A DNA stretch of 27,178 bases from Candidatus Micrarchaeota archaeon (GTDB lineage Archaea; Micrarchaeota; Micrarchaeia; Norongarragalinales; SBBD01). The translations under genes and the position numbers were made by a program. Below are positions 6,641-16,018 of this stretch, piece by piece (the stretch's first letter is position 1; the number at the start of each line of letters is the position of its first letter). Location: NCBI GenBank assembly GCA_018819225.1, contig JAHJQN010000006.1, positions 1 through 27,178 of the forward strand. Reading direction: 5' to 3'. The notes beneath the pieces were generated by a model, which saw only the letters and a program-made list of their open reading frames with translations, did not search any database and had not been told where the DNA came from.

Positions 6641-9309
6641 CGCTTTACGCGCACCAGACCCATGACGGCCAGAAGCACGATAGGAACCATCCAATACGGA
6701 ACATCAGGAACCGTTGCAGTCGTGGCCTTGACTTTACTGATGATGCACGAAGCGTCAATAGGGAATCCAGCATGCGAAGCCGTAATCACGTGCGTCCCTT
6801 CGGAAATAATGAACTTGTTGTAGAAAATGTACTGGCCTTCCTGCCGCACGAAATTCGCGTTGATAGTAATGTCTCCGGTAACGGGAGTGCCGTCACATAC
6901 GGCTCCTTGGTACACGCATTGCAAACGGATTTCCGTGATTTCATCCGGTGCGAGCACGGGGCACTGCAGTTCAAACAAGTCCGCATAAATCGATACCGCG
7001 GATACTTGTGCAGCAGACCGACCGCTTCCGTAAACATCACTCGTATCCCTTGCATACAACCACAAATCCTTCTTTCCGGGAGTATAACATACCAGATCGG
7101 CGGTAATCGTTGCGGCAGGCGTTCCAATTCCTACAGGAATTGAATTAAATATCGCGCATCCTGAAGGGGGCTGGAAGTAAATCTCCTGAATGTTGTTGTT
7201 ATCCGTTGCCGAACCGGAAATGGGTATCGGGATATCAACGGTTCCAAAATACGGACCGGCAATCGCAACCGCGGGAGGCGGGTCTTGAGCTGCTGAGGAT
7301 ACCCTAACCCAAGAAGAATCGACTTTAATCGGAATTTCGTCCGTTTCATACGCGGGTGGCTCGCTTCGTCCGAAAAACGACACGTTAACGATTCCATCAT
7401 TCTCAATACCGGTTTGCACAGTCAAAACTCCGTTCGCAGTAATACTTCCGCCAGTAATATTCGTGCTCCAATTCAGTGAGGGACACGGAGGGGTGGAGCC
7501 ATCTGAAAGAGCGCACGTTGCCGTGTAAGCAATATCATGAGGAAATCCATCGTTCGGAATAAATGATTCGCCGTTGCTGGGAGGCGATGTATGGCGAGGA
7601 CTAATCACTAGGGTGTCTAAATGCAAACATTCCGTGTCCTGCCACTTTTTGAACTGGACTTGAACATCATCGCTTACGATTGGTTGGGGTTTAGACGTGG
7701 TTCCGTTATCCCATGGAAAAACAATATTGACATTTCCAATGGAGTCTAACCGCAATTCCCCACCACCAGACGGCCAACCCCCCATGGAAGAATTGCTTAC
7801 GTTCGAATCAAAATAATACTCTTCATTTCCAGAAATATCAGTCCATTTAAGTGAACTCTGATCCCATTTCCGTATGAACATTTCGGTTTCTTGTTCTTGA
7901 TTCGATCTTCCGACATCCCGAGGACCGCAGTTCTCAAGACAACCGCGCATAGCGATAACAGGATAGTATTGACCACCGTCCTCGTAAAGTTGAATTCCGG
8001 CTAATCCTTCTCGATATTGAATTTCACCCGTAACATTCAAATCAGCTGTATCTCCCTCATTGTCTCTAATATCGACCCATTCGCCAAGTCCTCCCCCGGC
8101 GCTGGGCTCCCACCTTCGATAAAATACGGTTTGTGGAGGTCGACCGCCTATAGATCCAATAGCAGCCCCCCAAGCGACATGTACAATATCATTAGGGTCA
8201 ATAGCGATTCGCACTTCATGAGCATCATAGTTAGTATAAAATGATTCGCCAGAAATAGAGTTTTTACTAACATTGGTAGGCCCAATAAAATTCGGGCTAC
8301 CCGATAGATCACACCATCCACTTGCGTCGGCACACGCTTCCCTAACTAATAACACCCGATCGATATTTTCCCAAAAAGGAAGATTATCACTTGAATCATC
8401 AATCCATGCAATGACGGGAGTTCCATCCGATTTCAAAGCCAAGTCGGGATAATCGCGTTCGAATTCAATTTGGGAATGGCCGTTATCTTCGAATGTTCTA
8501 TAGGTTTTTGATACGTTGATGGGTTCCCCAAAGCCAAGATTTCCTTTCACGTCAACCCATGCGTCTACCCCATTCCATTCCTTGAAATAGACCCATGCAT
8601 CCCCAAGCGGAACTTCGTCCCAACCATAACCTGTTTTTGAACCGTCTATCGCATTCAGATCATATTCAATCCAGGCAATTTTTGGGATAACCGTTCCGAC
8701 GATGGGTTCATATAAAACCAATTTTGGTTTTGTTGAATTGTAAAACCAATTATAACTGACAAGCATTTCCCAATTAGCTGGAGATAAAGGAGTTCCATTC
8801 ACGGAAACCCAATTGGATCCATCCCATTTAGCATAAAAGATTTCAGTAATCCAATCCGGATTGCCTTTTCCTACTTCAATTACTCCAGCAACATGCGGAA
8901 AACCAAGTGAATCCACCTGAACGGATAATTGAGAAAAATTAAGCGCAGGCCAATCGGCTAAACCTTGCTCGATTTGATAAAGAGTGTTGTCGGGAGTTTC
9001 AAATGAAACGTTCAAACCAATACCACTGTAATCCGAACTCGGGTCTCCGGAAACAGTTACCCAGCGCCATTGCGTGGGATCCCACTTCTTCATCATGAAC
9101 GCGTCCGGGAACTTCGTCCACGCGACAAACGGCGTGTCATCAACTGGAGAGAGGGCGAGAGAGGAAAGCATGGGCCGGCCGTCCTCCAGATCAATCGAAC
9201 GCGTGGTGACGTTCAAGCTTTCGTTGTAGTAACCAACGGGACACCAGAACGCCGTAGAATAAGTGGAAAACAGTACGAGAACAGCGAGACCTATTAACGC
9301 GAAACGCAT
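6625..9309 (-). CDS. Large secreted surface protein: beta-propeller-like repeats, Ig-like domains, C-terminal VPD-TM-basic tail
   Basis: Signal peptide; about 6-7 repeats of P.VAW...KWD...W..VSG...NVS; C-terminus TVPDVPYWMVPIVLLAVMGLVRVKRQTKR. Confidence 0.85.
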   Translation of the reverse strand: MRFALIGLAVLVLFSTYSTAFWCPVGYYNESLNVTTRSIDLEDGRPMLSSLALSPVDDTPFVAWTKFPDAFMMKKWDPTQWRWVTVSGDPSSDYSGIGLNVSFETPDNTLYQIEQGLADWPALNFSQLSVQVDSLGFPHVAGVIEVGKGNPDWITEIFYAKWDGSNWVSVNGTPLSPANWEMLVSYNWFYNSTKPKLVLYEPIVGTVIPKIAWIEYDLNAIDGSKTGYGWDEVPLGDAWVYFKEWNGVDAWVDVKGNLGFGEPINVSKTYRTFEDNGHSQIEFERDYPDLALKSDGTPVIAWIDDSSDNLPFWENIDRVLLVREACADASGWCDLSGSPNFIGPTNVSKNSISGESFYTNYDAHEVRIAIDPNDIVHVAWGAAIGSIGGRPPQTVFYRRWEPSAGGGLGEWVDIRDNEGDTADLNVTGEIQYREGLAGIQLYEDGGQYYPVIAMRGCLENCGPRDVGRSNQEQETEMFIRKWDQSSLKWTDISGNEEYYFDSNVSNSSMGGWPSGGGELRLDSIGNVNIVFPWDNGTTSKPQPIVSDDVQVQFKKWQDTECLHLDTLVISPRHTSPPSNGESFIPNDGFPHDIAYTATCALSDGSTPPCPSLNWSTNITGGSITANGVLTVQTGIENDGIVNVSFFGRSEPPAYETDEIPIKVDSSWVRVSSAAQDPPPAVAIAGPYFGTVDIPIPISGSATDNNNIQEIYFQPPSGCAIFNSIPVGIGTPAATITADLVCYTPGKKDLWLYARDTSDVYGSGRSAAQVSAVSIYADLFELQCPVLAPDEITEIRLQCVYQGAVCDGTPVTGDITINANFVRQEGQYIFYNKFIISEGTHVITASHAGFPIDASCIISKVKATTATVPDVPYWMVPIVLLAVMGLVRVKRQTKR

Positions 9310-9383
9310 AAACCCACGAAAAAAGCTAGTGGCTAGCGCTTAAAAAAGGTTGTTGGAAGCGCGAATGAGAATGAAAGAACGGA

Positions 9384-9656
9384 TTACTTGAGCTTCTTGT
9401 CCGCGAGAGACTCGAGTTCCTTCAATTCCTTGCGGGATTCATCAATGGCTTTGTGCAGCGATTTCTTGGGGTTCTTGCCCCGGATTTTCACGACCGCATT
9501 CCCTTTCAAAGGATGGTCGTAGCTGCTCGCAGCAAAAGTCACGTCGCTGTTTTGAAGAAGTTTTTCCACGAGCAAGTTAGTGAATCCTACGTCCTCTTGC
9601 TCGAGAACGAACTCCAGATAGTCCTTCTCGTCTTTGATCACGGAAGCGGATTTCAT
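9384..9656 (-). CDS. rpoL: DNA-directed RNA polymerase subunit L (Rpo11)
   Basis: EDVGFTNLL...VTFAAS..DHPL; 90 aa. Confidence 0.9.
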   Translation of the reverse strand: MKSASVIKDEKDYLEFVLEQEDVGFTNLLVEKLLQNSDVTFAASSYDHPLKGNAVVKIRGKNPKKSLHKAIDESRKELKELESLADKKLK

Positions 9657-9862
9657 GCCGCATCCCTAATCGAAAGGCGGACCACATGAAGAGGGATCAC
9701 GCCCTTGTCGAACTCCATGACGGCAAGCTTTACAGCGGAAATCTCGGGCTCCGTGAGTTTCAACAAGCACGGGGCTCCGGCCGCCAACTGAAGCGCGCGA
9801 GCGCCGATGATGCGCGCTTTCTCATACTTCGTTAAGTCCAATTCCTTTTTCACATGCGACAC
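9653..9862 (-). CDS. rpoK: DNA-directed RNA polymerase subunit K (Rpo6)
   Basis: LTKYEKARIIGARALQLAAGAP signature. Confidence 0.97.
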   Translation of the reverse strand: MSHVKKELDLTKYEKARIIGARALQLAAGAPCLLKLTEPEISAVKLAVMEFDKGVIPLHVVRLSIRDAA

Positions 9863-10006
9863 CCATTGAAACCGTAAACCGTTGCTCAGCGTAAAGAATA
9901 TAGCAAAGAGGAAAGTACTTATCCGGAAGCGACTTTAAAAACGTTTCTTTCAGAGGCACGAAATTCATTCGCCAACGTTTTTATACTGCAGCGGAGTAAT
10001 GGGCGC

Positions 10007-11461
10007 ATGAAAGACCCGTTGAAACCGATGCACATGCCTAAAAGCATGAGGAGTTCAAGTCAAAAAAGCGGGCAAACGCCGCACCAGCACGGAAGGAAGA
10101 AACCCGACGTATTCGTTCAAACGTTGGACGTGGTGCGCAAGATTCCCGTGGGGCCCGTTATTCTACTTATTATAGCTATTTTCCTGATCACGTACTTCGA
10201 TGGAATCGGGTGGATTCAAACGGAAGGGCCCTTGCGAGTGTATGAACGGTGTGGGGATGGAATGTGTAGTCCCACGGAATACGAGTATGGCACGTGCGCG
10301 CAGGATTGCCCGCTGGTGACGGCGACGCCAACTCTCCCGATGTCGTCACCCAAACCCACTTTAAACGTACCCGTGGAGATCGTGTTAGATTACGAAGACC
10401 GGAACTTCGGTTTTTCCGCTGTTCCGCAGGATCTCATGCTGGAAGGGCCGTTGAAGCGAACGGGCGTGCAATGGATTATGGTGGAAGCGAATCCGGCGAA
10501 CCCCGACAAGGAGAAAATTCAAACGTATCTCGATGAAGGCTTTGACGTCGCGATAAGGCTCCAGCTCGCGAATGCGAACGTGGGACACGAGCAAGTCAAG
10601 GACCTCGCCCGATTCTTTGGAAGCGGCGTCGGACCGTACGTAAAATACTATATCGTGTATGAGAATGTGCCGGACGTGATTCGGCCGTTAAGAGATGCAT
10701 TGCGGGAAGGGTGTCCGGCGTGCCAACTCGTGCTGGAAGTGAATCCGAAAGACCTCGAACGAGCGAAAACACTGGCGACCGCATGCGACGGACCGTGTTT
10801 TGACGCGATCGGATTCCAGTTTTATGACAACGAGAATCCCTCGTTAACCTCTTACAATAACCTCCGAGGGTACGCGGACGACTTGAAAAGCATGTTGAAG
10901 AAAACGAGGTTGTCGGGAATGCCGTTGTGGATGACGGGAATCGGAGCGTACGGTGGACGGTTTGACGGATCAAAGTTTCGACGAGACGACCAGCACGCGC
11001 ACGCATTGTTCAAAACGCTGAGTTTTGCGCTCGCCAACGGCTTCGACAAGGTGTTTCTCGCGAATCCCGCGGGCTGTTTTGAAGGCGAGCCGTCCTACTT
11101 CTGCAAAATCGGGATCACGGATCTCAATCGAGAGAAGCCGGCGTACGCGACCTTCAATATTATGCGGGAGAAAATGGATGAGGTCACGTTCGTTGAAGAA
11201 TACCCGTTAATCGGAGAAGCAAAAGCGTTTGCGTACCAAGGAAAAGAAGCGCGCGTTTATGCCGTTTGGAGCGACGAATTCATTCAAGCCTACAAAAGCG
11301 TATCCATTCCCGTTCAAATCAAGACGTTGAGGATAACGGATATTTACTCCGGACAAGAAGGCGAACTGGAAGTGGCGAGCGATTATCTTTCATTAACCAT
11401 CCGAGACAATCCCGTCATCGTGGAAGAGTTGGTTGAAGCGCCCGGTGGATTCGGGGAGTAA
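10007..11461 (+). CDS. Membrane-anchored protein with CGDGxC repeat and GH39/GH5-like (clan GH-A) TIM barrel, catalytic residues degenerate
   Basis: N-terminal TM; CGDGMCSPTE...CAQDC; FDAIGFQFY, PLWMTGIG, EKPAYATF and VYAVW resemble GH39-like proteins. Confidence 0.75.
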   Translation: MKDPLKPMHMPKSMRSSSQKSGQTPHQHGRKKPDVFVQTLDVVRKIPVGPVILLIIAIFLITYFDGIGWIQTEGPLRVYERCGDGMCSPTEYEYGTCAQDCPLVTATPTLPMSSPKPTLNVPVEIVLDYEDRNFGFSAVPQDLMLEGPLKRTGVQWIMVEANPANPDKEKIQTYLDEGFDVAIRLQLANANVGHEQVKDLARFFGSGVGPYVKYYIVYENVPDVIRPLRDALREGCPACQLVLEVNPKDLERAKTLATACDGPCFDAIGFQFYDNENPSLTSYNNLRGYADDLKSMLKKTRLSGMPLWMTGIGAYGGRFDGSKFRRDDQHAHALFKTLSFALANGFDKVFLANPAGCFEGEPSYFCKIGITDLNREKPAYATFNIMREKMDEVTFVEEYPLIGEAKAFAYQGKEARVYAVWSDEFIQAYKSVSIPVQIKTLRITDIYSGQEGELEVASDYLSLTIRDNPVIVEELVEAPGGFGE

Positions 11462-12379
11462 TCAATCCTTTTGCTTCGATAAATACTCGAATACGCGAAC
11501 GCCTGCTTTAGCGCCTTCTCCTGCAGCGACTATGGTCTGCTTTTCAGGCACATCGGTCACGTCGCCTGCGGAGAACACGCCCGGAAGACTGGTTTCCGCC
11601 GTGTTATTGACGATAATCTCGTTCCACTTGTTTTTCTTGACGAGAGACGCGAAATCCGTGGAAGGCAAGGAACCAATCTCAATGAACGCGCCTTGAACGT
11701 CCAGAGACTTGGCAACCCCGTTGTGCTCGAACGTTATTTTCTTTAATAGGACTTCGCCTTCGAAACCCGTGATTTGAGCCTCGCCAAGAACCGTTACTTT
11801 CGATAATTTGGCGAGTTTTTCCTTGTAAATGGGGTCGCACTGCAAGGAAGGCAAGACGTTCAGGACATAAATGGATTTCGCGATTTTATCCAGCTGAAAT
11901 ACGGCATCCATCGCCGAATTCCCTCCGCCAATCACCACGACATCCTTATTCGGAAATAGGGGGGCATCGCACGTCGCGCAATACGTGATTCCCTTGCCGA
12001 AAAAACGGTCTTCTCCTGGAACGTTGAGCTTGCGGGGCAATTTGCCGGATGCAACAATAACGGCTCGCGAGGCATACGTTTTGCCGTTCTTCGTGCGCGT
12101 CGAAAAACCCGCAACCGTTTTTTCTATCGAGACCACGGTCTGAGACTCGCCTTCCTGCAACGGAACCTTATACTGGTTCACGTGCTCGCGAAACTTCTGC
12201 GTGAGATCAAAACCGGAAATTCCGACATACCCCAAATAGTTCTCGATGTGAGAAGACCAAGCGGTTTGCCCGCCCACGTTCTTGGATAGAATGAGGGTGC
12301 TTAAGTTCTTGCGAGCGCAGTAAATGGCCGCGGACAAGCCCGCCGGGCCAGCCCCCACGATAACGACGTCGTACGACAT
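11462..12379 (-). CDS. trxB: Thioredoxin reductase (TrxB/AhpF-C-like)
   Basis: GAGPAGLSAA, CATCD, GGGNSA and TSLPGVFSAGD. Confidence 0.95.
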   Translation of the reverse strand: MSYDVVIVGAGPAGLSAAIYCARKNLSTLILSKNVGGQTAWSSHIENYLGYVGISGFDLTQKFREHVNQYKVPLQEGESQTVVSIEKTVAGFSTRTKNGKTYASRAVIVASGKLPRKLNVPGEDRFFGKGITYCATCDAPLFPNKDVVVIGGGNSAMDAVFQLDKIAKSIYVLNVLPSLQCDPIYKEKLAKLSKVTVLGEAQITGFEGEVLLKKITFEHNGVAKSLDVQGAFIEIGSLPSTDFASLVKKNKWNEIIVNNTAETSLPGVFSAGDVTDVPEKQTIVAAGEGAKAGVRVFEYLSKQKD

Positions 12380-12397
12380 GGTTTCACGAAATCCGTT

Positions 12398-12634
12398 TTA
12401 AGCCAGCGCCTTGTCAACTGCGTCCTTGTCAAAGCCCACGACGATCGTTCCGTCGATGTCAATGACGGGCACACCCATCTGACCGGACTTCTTAACCATT
12501 TCTTCAGCGGCCTGCTGGTCAGCCCCCACATCAATATCCTGAAAACCGATGTGGCGGGACTTCAAGTACTCCTTCGCCATCTTGCAGTACGGACACGTCT
12601 GCGTCGAATAAATGACGATCTTGTGGTCGGCCAT
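12398..12634 (-). CDS. Glutaredoxin/NrdH-like redoxin
   Basis: CPYC and SGQMGVPVIDIDG; GGGTGA Shine-Dalgarno upstream. Confidence 0.95.
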   Translation of the reverse strand: MADHKIVIYSTQTCPYCKMAKEYLKSRHIGFQDIDVGADQQAAEEMVKKSGQMGVPVIDIDGTIVVGFDKDAVDKALA

Positions 12635-12750
12635 AATAAATCACCCATAGATAAATCGTTTCAATGACGCCACCTTTAATAAAAGAACCGGTGCGCCACG
12701 AATACAAGTATAGGCCGTATTCGTAAATAAAAACTCGGTTTAAGCCTTAA

Positions 12751-13275
12751 TCAAACGCGGTGCACGTGCAGCTTGACTTGACAGGCGTCGCACGAAATCG
12801 CTTTCGCCGAATAATATAGGGATACGAGCAACATTAGAAGGGCTAAACCAATGAACTCGAGTTGATACTCGAGCACCATGGCGGCAAAGCCCGTCAAACC
12901 AAGCAAGGTAACAAAAAAAGGGGAACAACAAGCGGTCGCAAGAACCGCAGTCAATGCAGCGCCCAAAGAACCTCCGGCGGTCTTCACTTTCTGCACGCGA
13001 GAGGTCTTCAAATGCCTCCAAACATACAATTGAGATGCGATCGTTAAACCCATCAGAATCGAAGCCAGCGGGACAAAGACTTTCGTGGAATCCTCGATGC
13101 TGAACCACCAGCTATCGAACGACTGACCCGGAAGCGTCGTGAGATAAAACAGAGCGGAAAAGGATGCCGCGGAAGCGAACACGAACAACAAGCGGTAACG
13201 CCAAGTGGACAGAATAATGGCTAGGGATTCCCGCATGAGAAGGGGAGCGTTTCGCAATTCCTCAAGCCAAGTCAT
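12751..13275 (-). CDS. Uncharacterised membrane protein (about 4 TM) with intramembrane ACC and C-terminal CxxC
   Basis: Likely start MTWLEEL (the longer track ORF overlaps the DsbA gene); hydrophobic helices; LATACCSP; CDAC. Confidence 0.8.
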   Translation of the reverse strand: MTWLEELRNAPLLMRESLAIILSTWRYRLLFVFASAASFSALFYLTTLPGQSFDSWWFSIEDSTKVFVPLASILMGLTIASQLYVWRHLKTSRVQKVKTAGGSLGAALTAVLATACCSPFFVTLLGLTGFAAMVLEYQLEFIGLALLMLLVSLYYSAKAISCDACQVKLHVHRV

Positions 13276-13348
13276 GAATACTTCATTCGAACGGGCATTA
13301 AAATAGGGCGGGTTTAACGAAAGAAAAATAAAAAATAAATAAAAAAAA

Positions 13349-14167
13349 TCAAGCCGCCAAAGCGCCATCAATTTCCGCTTGGAACCGTTCCAAAGGCTGC
13401 GCGCCCACCAGCTTCTTCCCGTTAATGAAGAACGTCGGCGTGCCCGAGACTCCGAATTGGGATCCTTCCGCAACATGCGCTTGAACCTCGGCCGTCTTAT
13501 CGCCGTTATCCAAACACGAGTTGAATGCGTCCGTATCCAAGCCCAACGTTTCCGCGTGCTGCTTCAAGCTTGCGGGATCGTACTGGCCGGATTCGAACAC
13601 TAAATCATGGAACGCCCAGAACTGGCCTTGATCCGAGGCACACAACGATCCCTCAGCAGCCTTCGGCGCATTCGGATGCAGTTGTGGAATCGGGTACTGC
13701 TTGAAATAGAAGCGCACCTTACCCGAATCAATGTATTGTTGTTTCAGAGACGGCAGCGTCTGCGATACGAATCGCTCACAGAACGGACAACCGAAATCAC
13801 TGTATTCAACAATCGTTACCGGAGCATCTTCGGGGCCCAAGAAATCTATTCCTTCGATGTTCGGATTCGCGGTTCCTGAGGGGGGAGCCGTGGGTAACGC
13901 CGTCGGCTGGATAGGCGGTACGACGGGCTCGTTACCTCCAGCAGGAGGGGCTACCGGCCGGCTAGCCATCGCCACTTTCACATCCGCTAATCCCGTATTG
14001 ATTTGCTGTAAACTGAAGTTGATGTTGCCGACTGCATACAACATGGACGCGGACAAAATGACTGCCGCAATGATGAAGCTGCCTGCAATCGCGTACGCGC
14101 CGTCCATCTTTCCACTACTACCATGATGCGCATGGTGCTCGTGGTGTTCGTGAGAATCCTCCGTCAT
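13349..14167 (-). CDS. Membrane-anchored DsbA/BdbD-family thiol-disulfide oxidoreductase
   Basis: His-rich N-terminus, TM, EYSDFGCPFC, GVSGTPTFFING and GAQP. Confidence 0.93.
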   Translation of the reverse strand: MTEDSHEHHEHHAHHGSSGKMDGAYAIAGSFIIAAVILSASMLYAVGNINFSLQQINTGLADVKVAMASRPVAPPAGGNEPVVPPIQPTALPTAPPSGTANPNIEGIDFLGPEDAPVTIVEYSDFGCPFCERFVSQTLPSLKQQYIDSGKVRFYFKQYPIPQLHPNAPKAAEGSLCASDQGQFWAFHDLVFESGQYDPASLKQHAETLGLDTDAFNSCLDNGDKTAEVQAHVAEGSQFGVSGTPTFFINGKKLVGAQPLERFQAEIDGALAA

Positions 14168-14290
14168 GTATATAACACCCCTATTTGAAAGCGTGCGATA
14201 ACGCCGTATTAGAGAACGATTAGTTTCTACAGGCAGAATGTTTATAAAACGTGGGAATGGCTAAAGGGAAACCAACATGCGAAGAACGGT

Positions 14291-15892
14291 TCAAGGATAG
14301 AGTTCCGTGTCCGGATAATGGGCGACCCACGCAAACCAGAACGAACCCACGGCATCCAATTGCTTCAGTTGCAATCCGTCATTTCCACTAGGTAATCCCT
14401 TCCCGCGGAAATCCCATTCCGAGCCCGTAGTCACGTCGTACAGTTGATTCGGCCGGATACTACCGCGGAGCTCAAACTCGTACGTTTCGCCGTTCACGCG
14501 CCGATCAAAGAAACGAATCGCCTTGCTTTCAGGATCCGTAACCGCTAAAATGGGAATACCCGCAAACTCGTCATTCAATAGGAGAACGTGCTGCACTGAT
14601 TCCTGAACATACGCTTTGTGAAGGCCATTCAACTCCAAACCAAAAATGAATTTTTTCGCGAATAAGCGGCTGTCCTCATGGGAAACCGGAAAACTAATGC
14701 GGGAACTCGTAGCGTAATCCCCGTAAGGAAATACTCCGTATGGTTTAGGCGCTAGCCCCGTATCCTTGGAAAGCACGTTCCCAACGGGATGCAAGCGTTT
14801 CCAATCCCGCCACTCCACCGTATCCAACGGAAGCATCTTCAAACGCTGACCCGTTAATGGACCCACAACCGCTTTACCGGAAATCTGGTTCCAATACGTA
14901 TCCGTCGCGCGGTCGTACATCAACAAATCAGAATTGTAAAGCTTCCCGCTGACACCGAACGTAGTATCCTGGTTGCCATTAATGTATCCCTCAAAAGCAA
15001 TACCCGTACCGCATAATGGACAATACGTGATCACCACCGGTTGATCACCAAAATGATCGTTCACGATCTCGTGCCAGACCAGAATTTGCAAGGGATAGGC
15101 GCGCACCTCGTCACCGGATTCGAACGAAAGAACAAATTCATTATCAGTAACAAACTCATCCGCTTCTGAAATGGAAACAAATTTGGGGCGATCAATGGAA
15201 GGAATACCGTCCTTGCCCGGGCCTCCGGGAAGCACTTCATCTAAAGGAATAATGTGCTTGATCCCATTGGTAATTTGAATTTCTTCATCGGATGCTGCGA
15301 CACGTGTCCCATCGTTGACGGGAATCACGGACTGCACCCGAATAGTATGTACATTACTCACGAGCTCTTCAGGCGTCAACACCCCATTCTTTTTCCCTTG
15401 AATAATCCCATTCTTATCCACGAAAAAGCTTACGGGCTGCGTACGCACTTGATATAAACTTTTAACACCTCGATTCGGATCCAAAAATAACGGAAACGTC
15501 ACTTGCATCTCTTCACCGAACGCGCGAGCCGCCTCCTCACTTTCCTGCAAATTAACAGCCAGAATCACTACATCATCTTTATTTGAAATGAAAGCCCGCT
15601 GCATTTCAGGAAACTCTTCCCGACACGGGCCGCACCAACTCGCCCAGAAGTTAATGAATACCGCTTTTTCTCCGCGAAATTGACTTAATCGAAAGGTTTC
15701 TCCATCAATTGAAACAAGCTCGAAATCCGGCGCCGCCTCGCCAATATTCAAACCCGTCGGAATCGCTTGTTGATAGGAATTCGGGGTAATAGGGAGTTGG
15801 GACGCAGGACCCTTACCAGATTCAATAAAAAAAATTATGGAGACGATGATAACAATTGCAGTGGCCAATGCCACATGTTTTTTCGATACCAT
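14291..15892 (-). CDS. TlpA/ResA-like redoxin fused to a DUF3179 domain
   Basis: N-terminal TM; APDFEL...NFWASWCGPC; GGPGKDGIPSID, TYCPLCGTG, FGVSGKLYNSDLLMYDR and FWFAW..HYPDT. Confidence 0.92.
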   Translation of the reverse strand: MVSKKHVALATAIVIIVSIIFFIESGKGPASQLPITPNSYQQAIPTGLNIGEAAPDFELVSIDGETFRLSQFRGEKAVFINFWASWCGPCREEFPEMQRAFISNKDDVVILAVNLQESEEAARAFGEEMQVTFPLFLDPNRGVKSLYQVRTQPVSFFVDKNGIIQGKKNGVLTPEELVSNVHTIRVQSVIPVNDGTRVAASDEEIQITNGIKHIIPLDEVLPGGPGKDGIPSIDRPKFVSISEADEFVTDNEFVLSFESGDEVRAYPLQILVWHEIVNDHFGDQPVVITYCPLCGTGIAFEGYINGNQDTTFGVSGKLYNSDLLMYDRATDTYWNQISGKAVVGPLTGQRLKMLPLDTVEWRDWKRLHPVGNVLSKDTGLAPKPYGVFPYGDYATSSRISFPVSHEDSRLFAKKFIFGLELNGLHKAYVQESVQHVLLLNDEFAGIPILAVTDPESKAIRFFDRRVNGETYEFELRGSIRPNQLYDVTTGSEWDFRGKGLPSGNDGLQLKQLDAVGSFWFAWVAHYPDTELYP

Positions 15893-16018
15893 GAATCAAA
15901 CCGAAACCATTCAGGAAACAAAACACAATAGGGTATGCTTGAACCATTCAAACCGTTACGTATAAAGAACGCGATCCCTCACAATAACCGCGTCAAAACA
16001 AGTCAATGAAAAACGTTT

